From assembly GCA_965613365.1 (NCBI GenBank), contig CBFDVL010000001.1, forward strand, positions 1 to 38,711: a stretch of 38,711 nucleotides of DNA, in the 5' to 3' direction. The notes under the pieces are model-generated. The model was not told where the DNA came from. It saw only the letters and a program-made list of their open reading frames with translations, and did not search any database. A program made the translations under genes and the position numbers. The stretch comes from an uncultured archaeon (GTDB taxonomy: Archaea > Hydrothermarchaeota > Hydrothermarchaeia > Hydrothermarchaeales > CAZSVW01). Numbering within the stretch: position 1 is the stretch's first letter; the number at the start of each line of letters is the position of its first letter. Shown here in pieces: positions 9,037 to 16,349 of this stretch.

Positions 9037-10259
9037 TACCTTAAGTCCTCCATCACATTTATAGCTACTTGAGACGCTTGAGTAATGCTTTCAGGCACAT
9101 CTTTTATGCCTGAGGCACAACCGCAAACATATACCCCTGCTCTTGCCTTTCCACCATTTTCTGTTATGATAAATCCATATTCATCTTTATTTAGACCTAA
9201 AAGCTTTGCTATTTCTTCTGTCCCCTTTGATGGGATTAAAGCAGGGGTTAGAACTACCAAATCGCACTCTATAAGCTTAACCTCATTGCAAAGCGTATCT
9301 TCTACGCTCACTAAAAGCTTCTTATCTTCTCTTTGAATGACCTCTCCAGGCTTGCCTCGAAGGAATTCTACACCTTCCTCTCTTGCTCGTAGATACCACT
9401 CCTCATATTCACCTACGGTTCTTATATCCATGTAGCAGATTATGACTTCCTTGCCAAGCTTTTTTAAAGCTCTCGCATGCTTTATCGCATAGGTGCAACA
9501 AATCTTAGAACAATACTCATGATAGCTATCTCTTGACCCAACGCATAAAATAAAAACGACTTTTTCTATGTCTTTGAGTTTTTCTATGTCTTTATCTTTA
9601 TACAAGATCTCTGCAAGCTCGCTCTGGGTTATAACATTTTTATAAACCCCATAGCCATATTGCTTTATTTCATAGGGTTTCCATTCTTCAAAGCCTGTAG
9701 CAACTATTATTGCACCAACGTTAAGCTCTACTTCTTCCTCGCTTTGCTCAAGGTTTATGGCTCCTTGCTTGCATACTTCAACACAAGCCTTACAATGGCT
9801 ACACTTATTAATATCAATAGTGCAAACCTGAGGCAATGTTCTATAATCAAAATAAATAGCACCGCTTTTACAAACTTCAATGCAAGCCTTACAGAGAGTG
9901 CATTTATTAATGTCTATGTAACGAGGATGTTTTATCAGCCTAACTAGAAAATTTCCTTTTTCCCCTTTCACTTCGGCTAAGGAAGTATTGGTTAGGATGT
10001 CAAGATTTTTAATCTCGCTTAGACTCAAACGATAGAAGCACTTTCTTATGCCTTTAAGAAATTGTGGCGAAGCGAGACAAAAGGAACAATCTTTGGTGGG
10101 GAAATATTCATATAAGTTCAAAGCATTTCCACCAAGATAGGGCTTTTTCTCAACGAGATAAACTTCAAAACCAAGCTCCGCTAATTCTATGCTTGCTTGC
10201 AGTCCGGCTACTCCTCCACCAATAATGAGGACTTTTTTATTCATGCTTTCATTTTTCAC
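9036..10259 (-). CDS. hdrA: HdrA-like FAD (TrxR-like) unit with an inserted 2x[4Fe-4S] ferredoxin.
   Basis: Contains VLIIGGGVAGLQASIELA, DCSFCLASP, CTLCKACIEVC, CSHCKACVEVC and CSKICC. Its stop overlaps the next gene's start as TAATG at 9034-9038. Confidence 0.8.
   Translation of the reverse strand: MKNESMNKKVLIIGGGVAGLQASIELAELGFEVYLVEKKPYLGGNALNLYEYFPTKDCSFCLASPQFLKGIRKCFYRLSLSEIKNLDILTNTSLAEVKGEKGNFLVRLIKHPRYIDINKCTLCKACIEVCKSGAIYFDYRTLPQVCTIDINKCSHCKACVEVCKQGAINLEQSEEEVELNVGAIIVATGFEEWKPYEIKQYGYGVYKNVITQSELAEILYKDKDIEKLKDIEKVVFILCVGSRDSYHEYCSKICCTYAIKHARALKKLGKEVIICYMDIRTVGEYEEWYLRAREEGVEFLRGKPGEVIQREDKKLLVSVEDTLCNEVKLIECDLVVLTPALIPSKGTEEIAKLLGLNKDEYGFIITENGGKARAGVYVCGCASGIKDVPESITQASQVAINVMEDLR
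9493..9725. repeat. Copy B of the 233-bp identical direct repeat.
   Basis: Identical to 8243-8475. Both copies encode ...NVGAIIVATGFEEWKPYEIKQYGYGVYKNVITQSELAEILYKDKDIEKLKDIEKVVFILCVGSRDSYHEYCSKICCT. Sub-blocks of 35 and 47 nt recur at 5965-5999 and 6029-6075 in the 1198-aa gene. Confidence 0.95.
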
Positions 10260-10268
10260 AATTATTTA

Positions 10269-10793
10269 TCATGATTTATCATTATTGAAAATCGCGCAAG
10301 CTTTAGAAGGCCTGTCATGATTTGATAATCCGAGTTCCTTTGCAATCCTTCTTACTTCCTGCTTTGTTATGCCAAGCTCCGCCAACGGACTTCTTATTCC
10401 AAGTTCTCTCAAAGCTTTTATTCCCGGTCTATGGGAGTGCAAATCATCCTTGTTTGTTCCATCGACTATTGTTTTTATTCCTCTATCTCTTGCGATTTTT
10501 ATAATGTTTTGCATCATGGCCTTTTTGCAATAGTAACATTTTTTATCCTCGCTTTTGTAGAATTCCTCTGGTAGCTTGTGTTCAAATATTATAAGCTCTA
10601 TTCCGATCTCTCTCGCAATCTTTATGGCATGCTCAAGTTCTTCTAATGGAAGAAGCTCGGAAATTGCAATAGCTGCAACCGCATTACCTTTCAAAACATC
10701 AAAGGCAACCTTGGCAACTACACTGCTATCCACACCACCAGAAAAGGCAACGAGCACAGAGGTTTTATCTCGAAACCATAAGAAAAGCTCCAT
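10269..10793 (-). CDS. PP-loop ATP pyrophosphatase of the LarE/COG1606 type (sulfur-transferase family), unusually short.
   Basis: Contains VLVAFSGGVDSS (SGGxDS PP-loop), CYYCKK, VDGTNKDD and RPSKAC. The protein stops about 8 aa after the LarE-type PSxAC cysteine, at 174 aa, where family members as I recall them are about 260 aa. Confidence 0.65.
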   Translation of the reverse strand: MELFLWFRDKTSVLVAFSGGVDSSVVAKVAFDVLKGNAVAAIAISELLPLEELEHAIKIAREIGIELIIFEHKLPEEFYKSEDKKCYYCKKAMMQNIIKIARDRGIKTIVDGTNKDDLHSHRPGIKALRELGIRSPLAELGITKQEVRRIAKELGLSNHDRPSKACAIFNNDKS

Positions 10794-10799
10794 GTTTAA

Positions 10800-10825
10800 C
10801 TTTTTTATATCTTGGATATAAAAAG
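10800..10825. promoter_or_regulatory. Palindromic AT-rich element in a 37-bp divergent intergenic region; candidate back-to-back TATA boxes.
   Basis: Reads cTTTTTTATATC-ttg-GATATAAAAAg, with 8-bp perfect arms (TTTATATC/GATATAAA), centred at 10813. That is 20 nt from the ATG at 10793 (minus strand) and 18 nt from the ATG at 10831 (plus strand). Each TATA-like arm sits about 21-31 nt upstream of one start codon. Confidence 0.5.
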
Positions 10826-10830
10826 TTTAA

Positions 10831-11886
10831 ATGATGCTTTACCTTGTAAGATATGACGAAATAGCTTTGAAGTCCGAGCATGTAAGAAAAAAATGGGAAG
10901 AAGTTTTGATAAAAAACATAGAGCAAGCAATAGATTGCAGCATAAGTAGAGAAAGGGGAAGAATCTGGGTTTATAGCGAAGATGAGAAAGCTAAGGAAAA
11001 GCTGAGAAAAATCTTTGGAATTACATCTTTTTCTCCTTGCATAAGCTGTGAGCTTGGCAATTTAAAGCATGAGGCTATGAAATTTGCTGGGGAGGTTTTA
11101 AAGGATAAGAAAAGCTTTGCCCTTCGTGTAAAAAGAGTAGGTAAGCATAGCTTCACCTCAATAGATGTAGCAAGAGAGCTTGGAGAAGAGATAATAAACA
11201 AAATTCCAATAAAAGTAGATTTAAAATCTCCAGAAAAGGAAGTTTTCATAGAAATTAGAGAAAACCGATGCTACATCTACGATGAGATTATACCTGGAGT
11301 CGGAGGACTGCCTCTTGGGGTAGAAGGGAAGGTAATCTCTCTATTCTCTGGAGGGATAGACTCGGGCGTTGCGACTTGGTTAATGATGAAAAGAGGCTGC
11401 GAGGTCATGCTTGTGCATTTTTATATAAGCAAAGAGAGCTACGAATCCGCATGCCTATGCTATGAGGTTTTAAAAGAATATAATCCCGAGCTTAAGCTTA
11501 TAAAGATCGAGCATTCTGATTTTCTAAGGAAAATTGATAAGCAAAATTATACGTGCATACTATGTAAGAGAGAGATGCTGAGAAAGGCTCAAGAAATAGC
11601 TATTGAAATAGGAGCTAAAGGAATAGTAACGGGAGACTCTCTTGGTCAGGTAGCTTCTCAGACCCTTGATAATCTATTTGTGATAAGCCAAGCTATTTAT
11701 TACCCAATCTACAGACCTCTGATAGGAATGGACAAACAGGAAATTATTTCGCTTGCCAGAAAAATCGGAACCTACGAGAAATATCTCGAAGCTCCTCAGC
11801 TTTCTTGTCCATATGCTCCAAAGAAACCCGTGGTAAAGGCAGAGCTTGATAAGGTTTTGGAGATTGAGAAATGCTTAAAGAGGTAG
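10831..11886 (+). CDS. thiI: tRNA 4-thiouridine/thiamine sulfur-transfer protein ThiI (THUMP plus PP-loop, no rhodanese domain).
   Basis: Contains YDEIALKS..., the LFSGGIDSGV PP-loop, CILCKREM (CxxC) and a third Cys in LSCPYAPKKP. This matches the three-Cys archaeal ThiI type. Confidence 0.85.
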   Translation: MMLYLVRYDEIALKSEHVRKKWEEVLIKNIEQAIDCSISRERGRIWVYSEDEKAKEKLRKIFGITSFSPCISCELGNLKHEAMKFAGEVLKDKKSFALRVKRVGKHSFTSIDVARELGEEIINKIPIKVDLKSPEKEVFIEIRENRCYIYDEIIPGVGGLPLGVEGKVISLFSGGIDSGVATWLMMKRGCEVMLVHFYISKESYESACLCYEVLKEYNPELKLIKIEHSDFLRKIDKQNYTCILCKREMLRKAQEIAIEIGAKGIVTGDSLGQVASQTLDNLFVISQAIYYPIYRPLIGMDKQEIISLARKIGTYEKYLEAPQLSCPYAPKKPVVKAELDKVLEIEKCLKR

Positions 11887-11888
11887 AG

Positions 11889-12545
11889 ATGATAAAATCT
11901 GGGAAAAAGTTGAAAGATTATATTGCAGAGGATATTAGGTTTAAGCTTGTAATAAATGGCAAAAGCTTTACCTTCAGAATATCGCCCATGCTCAAGGAGG
12001 AGTTTGTCATAGGATATTGCTTTGGAGAAGGTCTTATAGAAGACCTTGAGGATTTTAAGGAAATAAAAATTGAAAAAAATGTAGCCAAAGTTAAAATTAA
12101 TATTAAAAAGAGGAAATTATCCAAAATAAACTCTGATCTGGTTGTATCCTACAAAGAAATAATCGAAAGCATGGAAAGACTTAAAAACGAATCAGAAACC
12201 TGGAGGAAAACCGGTGGAGTGCACATTTCTGCCATTGTTAGCGGGGAAGAGTTTATTTTGGTGGAGGATATTAATAGACATGCATGTATAGATAAGCTTT
12301 TGGGAATAGCTTTGAAAAGGAGCTTAAAGTTCTCAAACTCCTACGTGGTTTGCAGTGGAAGATTATCCGAAGGGAGAGTTAAAAAGATAATTATGGCGGG
12401 CGTGCCAATAATTGCTTCGATGGCAGCGCCTTTATTCTCTAGTGTCGAATGCGCAAAAAAATATGGGCTAACTCTCGCAGGTTTTGTGAGAAATGGAAAA
12501 ATTAATATATATTCTTGCCCTGAAAGAATTAGAAACGAGGTGTAA
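11889..12545 (+). CDS. fdhD: FdhD-family protein (Mo-bisPGD sulfuration/insertion accessory) lacking the CxxC loop.
   Basis: Contains FVIGYCFGEGLI, TGGVHISA, NRHACIDKLLG, CSGRLS and LTLAGFVR. The ATG at 11889 is preceded by GAGGT; an alternative in-frame ATG lies at 11871. Confidence 0.75.
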   Translation: MIKSGKKLKDYIAEDIRFKLVINGKSFTFRISPMLKEEFVIGYCFGEGLIEDLEDFKEIKIEKNVAKVKINIKKRKLSKINSDLVVSYKEIIESMERLKNESETWRKTGGVHISAIVSGEEFILVEDINRHACIDKLLGIALKRSLKFSNSYVVCSGRLSEGRVKKIIMAGVPIIASMAAPLFSSVECAKKYGLTLAGFVRNGKINIYSCPERIRNEV

Positions 12546-12547
12546 AA

Positions 12548-12985
12548 ATGGAAGTGGAAGGATTTGAACTTAGGGAAGATTTGTACTATGACCCATGGGG
12601 CGCATACATTTGGGCTAAGGTTGAAGGAGACATGGTAATTGTAGGAATAACCCCGTTAGGAGTAGCGGTTGCAAAAGACTTTGCTTATATGGAGCTTCCT
12701 TTTGAGGGGGATGAAGTCAAGCAAGAAGAAGCCTTCGGAGTAATTGAAACGATCAAAGCCACGGGTGAGCTTCTTGCTCCAGTTAGTGGAGAAGTGGCAG
12801 AGGTAAATGAAGAGGTAAGAAGCGACCCTGCAAGCATAAAAGAAGCACCTTACGAAAAATGGTTAATCAAAATAAAGCCTTCTAACTTGGAAGAGGAACT
12901 TAAAAACTTAATGGACTTCGAAAAAGCCAAAGAATGGTATGCTGAAGAAATTAAAAAGCTTAGAGAAGACGAAGTAATAGAATAA
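12548..12985 (+). CDS. GcvH-like lipoyl-carrier protein.
   Basis: Contains GVIETIKATGELLAPVSGEVAEVNEEV...PYEKWLIKI, the GcvH lipoyl-lysine signature (E-x-x-K ... PVSG-x-V-x-E-x-N). GAGGTG precedes the ATG. Confidence 0.8.
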   Translation: MEVEGFELREDLYYDPWGAYIWAKVEGDMVIVGITPLGVAVAKDFAYMELPFEGDEVKQEEAFGVIETIKATGELLAPVSGEVAEVNEEVRSDPASIKEAPYEKWLIKIKPSNLEEELKNLMDFEKAKEWYAEEIKKLREDEVIE

Positions 12986-13123
12986 TTCTTTTCTTTTTTA
13001 TTATTTTAGAAAATATATTTCTAAAAGAGTGAAAAGAAGCATTTTAAATTTAATTTAATCAAAAGATTTAAATAGGTTTTAGATATAAGTTAAATAATAC
13101 CGGTGAAGGAGGTGAAGTGTCGG

Positions 13124-15925
13124 ATGAGCGAAAATTTTTCGGAATTTATGAAAGACAGAGCTAAGGTGTTTAAATTTCTTTCGGCAATCTACAGAGACGA
13201 AATACCAAAAGAACTTCTAAGTAAGATGAAGGATGAGAAATTTTTGACAGCGATTTCAAAGGTTCCCGGAGGAGAAAAACTCGCTGAAGTTATGAAAGAT
13301 GCAGATGTAGATAAGGTTTTTAATGAGCTTAGATATGAATATGCAGATATCTTTTTGAATGCTGGTGTAACTCCAGTTTTTCCATACGAATCAGTTTACG
13401 TAACCGGCGAACCATTAGTAATGCAAAAGCCAGTTTTTGAAGTAAGAAAATTTTTCAGAGAGGCTGGAGTACATAAATCAGAAGACTACCCTGACTTAGA
13501 TGACCACATTGCAGTAGAATTTGAATTCATGAGGTATCTCTGTGAGAACGAGAAAGTAGAGCTACAGGCAAACTTTGTGGCCGAGCATTTCAAATGGATG
13601 AAGGACTTCTGCGACAACCTGAAGAAATATTCTCAAGCAGATTTCTACAAGGCTGTAGCAGAATTAACTGAAAGCATAGTTTCAATGGAAGAGAAAATAG
13701 TAGATGACATAAAAAATTCTAAACTTCCAGAAGCATCAATTGTAGATGCAATAAAAGCTATCGCAGAAGCAGTGAATGTACTTGACATTGGAGATGAATA
13801 TGTAACCATAAAAGAGGGAGCCAAGCCTGAGGAACCAGAAAAGATAATAAATACTCATTGCTATCTCTGTGGTGGATTATGCGGCCTGAGAATAACAGTG
13901 AAAGATGGCATAATGGTAAAGGTCGCTGGCTTACCAGGAGACCCAAAAAGTGGAGGAATGATATGTCCGAAGGGAGCTTCGAACATACAGCACACTTATA
14001 GTGCCTATAGATTAAAGTGGCCTCTAATAAAAGAAAATGGAAGGTTTAGAAAAGCTACTTGGGAAGAAGCTATGTCAAAGTTTGCAGAGTTGCTCAAGAG
14101 TATAGAACCTTCAAAGGTAGGCTTCCTGAGAGGCAATAATTTCAATGCTTGGCTAACTGCGGGCGTTTTCAAAGCCTATGGAGCTTATGTAACTACCCAT
14201 AGGCCAATGTGCGATAACAGCATAAGAATGGCCAATGAACATAACCTTAATGACAAGAGACCATGGATAGATTATAGGGAGTCTGATTATATCATTCTCT
14301 GGGGAGTAAATGAAACGTGCACTTCCTATGGAAGAAGGAAAGTAAAGTTCTTCCAAGACGCTCTCAAGAGAGGAGCAAAACTTGTGGTATTTGATACAAG
14401 GAAAAGCGAGGTTGCAGAGCTTGCAGATGAATGGATCGCTCCAAAGCCTGGCACAGATGGCGCAATAGCAATGGCAATGTGCTATGTGATAGTGAAGAAT
14501 GAGCTTTACAATAAAGAATTCGTTGAAAACTGGACATATGGTTTTGAGGACTTCAAGAAAAGATTACTTGGTGAAGAAGATGGAGTGCCAAGAACTCCGG
14601 AATGGGCTGAAAAGATAAGTGGCGTGCCAGCAGCTACGATAGAAAGAATAGCAATAGAATTTGCAAACGCAAAGCATCCAGCAACAATATGCTGGGCAGG
14701 TATAGCCCAGACTCCAAATGGATTCTATGCTACACAGGCAATAATGGCATTAAATGGATTAATGGGGACATTTGATGCACCCGGAGGGCCAAGCCTACCA
14801 TTCAAGCGCAAGCTAAAGAGCCCATTTGGAGATGGGCCCAAGCTACCAAACAACTCACCAAAGGAAAAGCTTGATAAGGCAAAGATGTGGGCTGGATGGA
14901 TTCCCGCATACTTCCCGAGGGATGTTGAGGAAGGTAAGCTTCAGGCTTTGGTATGCTATTGGGGTTCTCCAGTATTGTCATGGACTAATCAAGACGCCGC
15001 AATAGAAGCTCTCAAGAAGCTTAAATTCATAGTGACGATAGACGCTTTTATGAATAACACCGCAACACTGAGCGACCTCGTAATTCCAAGCGTATCGAGC
15101 TTAGAAATGGAGTGGATCCATCCAGATTGGTTATATGATGCCTTCATATCTTCGCATAGAAGAGCAATAGACCCGCTATTCAATTGCAAGCCAGAATGGT
15201 GGATCTTCATAGACTTGGCTAAGAGACTCGGATTTGGAGAATACTTCCCATCCGATGACATAGAATACTACCTCAGAAACATGCTAAAAGGTACGCCATG
15301 GGATTATGATGAACTCATGGAAAAAGGCTATATAATAACGGATAAGGCAGAATACTACAAATACAAGAAGTGGGGTAGCCTTAATCCACCAGAAGGTTAT
15401 GGCTCATCAGGCAAAACCAAGACGGGCAAATATAACTTCAAGAATCCAGTAGCAGAGGAAAAGGGCATAGACCCGCTTCCAGACTACAAGCCTATCGAAG
15501 AAGAGTATCCAGAGCTTGTACCCGACGAGAAGTATCCACTTATTGCTCAGAGCTTTAGATTGTTGCAACATGAGCATAGCTCAACCTTTAATAATCCATA
15601 CTTAATGAAACTTAGAGGAACAAATCCACTTTGGATTAATCCTCTAGATGCCAAGGAGAGAGGAATCGAGAACGGAGATAAGGTGATAATCGAATCTCCA
15701 TGGGGCAAGGCAGAAGCTACCGCTTATGTAACATGGAAAATTAGACAAGGTGTAGTAGGTGCTGCGGGCGGCTTTGGACACTGGCGTGGATTAGAAGCAG
15801 ACCCAAGGTTCCCGCAGTATGGTGGATTTAACATCGGCGGACTAATGCCTCCGAACTATCCAGATAAATATGGCGGAAATCCTCTCTTGAAATACATAAA
15901 AGTGAACGTCAGAAAAGCAGAGTAA
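13124..15925 (+). CDS. Fusion protein: a TorD/DmsD/NarJ-type chaperone domain (about 230 aa) joined to a molybdopterin (MopB/DMSO-reductase superfamily) catalytic subunit.
   Basis: N-terminal part: RAKVFKFLSAIYRDE...ELRYEYADIFLNAG...PYESVY...DDHIAVEFEFMRYL (TorD-like). This is followed by HCYLCGGLCGLRI...ICPKG (an N-terminal CxxCxxxC...C 4Fe-4S motif), a candidate Mo-ligand Cys in THRPMCDNS, and a MopB C-terminal barrel (INPLDAKERGIENGDKVIIESPWG). No RRxF twin-arginine motif is visible. The ATG at 13124 follows GAAGGAGGTGAAG. Confidence 0.8.
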   Translation: MSENFSEFMKDRAKVFKFLSAIYRDEIPKELLSKMKDEKFLTAISKVPGGEKLAEVMKDADVDKVFNELRYEYADIFLNAGVTPVFPYESVYVTGEPLVMQKPVFEVRKFFREAGVHKSEDYPDLDDHIAVEFEFMRYLCENEKVELQANFVAEHFKWMKDFCDNLKKYSQADFYKAVAELTESIVSMEEKIVDDIKNSKLPEASIVDAIKAIAEAVNVLDIGDEYVTIKEGAKPEEPEKIINTHCYLCGGLCGLRITVKDGIMVKVAGLPGDPKSGGMICPKGASNIQHTYSAYRLKWPLIKENGRFRKATWEEAMSKFAELLKSIEPSKVGFLRGNNFNAWLTAGVFKAYGAYVTTHRPMCDNSIRMANEHNLNDKRPWIDYRESDYIILWGVNETCTSYGRRKVKFFQDALKRGAKLVVFDTRKSEVAELADEWIAPKPGTDGAIAMAMCYVIVKNELYNKEFVENWTYGFEDFKKRLLGEEDGVPRTPEWAEKISGVPAATIERIAIEFANAKHPATICWAGIAQTPNGFYATQAIMALNGLMGTFDAPGGPSLPFKRKLKSPFGDGPKLPNNSPKEKLDKAKMWAGWIPAYFPRDVEEGKLQALVCYWGSPVLSWTNQDAAIEALKKLKFIVTIDAFMNNTATLSDLVIPSVSSLEMEWIHPDWLYDAFISSHRRAIDPLFNCKPEWWIFIDLAKRLGFGEYFPSDDIEYYLRNMLKGTPWDYDELMEKGYIITDKAEYYKYKKWGSLNPPEGYGSSGKTKTGKYNFKNPVAEEKGIDPLPDYKPIEEEYPELVPDEKYPLIAQSFRLLQHEHSSTFNNPYLMKLRGTNPLWINPLDAKERGIENGDKVIIESPWGKAEATAYVTWKIRQGVVGAAGGFGHWRGLEADPRFPQYGGFNIGGLMPPNYPDKYGGNPLLKYIKVNVRKAE

Positions 15926-15926
15926 A

Positions 15927-16349
15927 CTAATTTTCTTTTTCATTTTTTAAATAAGAGTTTGCTTTTTTCAAAAGTTTCTTTGAGTTGTTAAATGTTATTT
16001 TCTCTAAAGCTTTCTCAAATGGAAGCCAACAATAATCTTCATGCTCATAAGATAATCTTACCTTTTTTTCCTTTGTTTCTGCAAGATAAAAAACAACTTC
16101 CTTGTAAACCAGATCCTTTCCTTTTCTATAAAAATACGAGATTTTTTCTTTAAAACCTTTCAAAAATTTTAAATCTTCTATCCCCGTCTCTTCTTTTGTT
16201 TCTCTTATTATTGTTTCAATTTCGTTTTCACCTTTTTCTATGTTACCCTTAACAAAATCCCAGTGCCCATATCCATATTTGAGGAGTAGATATTTTATTT
16301 CTTCATCCCTCCTAAAAATAATCACACCTGCAGATTTTTCAACGAGCAT
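15927..16349 (-). CDS. Nudix hydrolase (Ap4A-hydrolase-like size).
   Basis: The Nudix box reads GNIEKGENEIETIIRETKEETGI (Gx5Ex7REUxEExGU). Its start overlaps the helicase stop by 11 nt. Confidence 0.85.
   Translation of the reverse strand: MLVEKSAGVIIFRRDEEIKYLLLKYGYGHWDFVKGNIEKGENEIETIIRETKEETGIEDLKFLKGFKEKISYFYRKGKDLVYKEVVFYLAETKEKKVRLSYEHEDYCWLPFEKALEKITFNNSKKLLKKANSYLKNEKEN

Noticed and set aside
13124-15925. Selenocysteine recoding or a formate-dehydrogenase identity for the Mo-enzyme, suggested by the fdhD neighbour.
   Set aside because: There is no in-frame TGA, and the candidate ligand context (MCDNS) lacks the (Sec/Cys)-His dyad. The substrate is left open.
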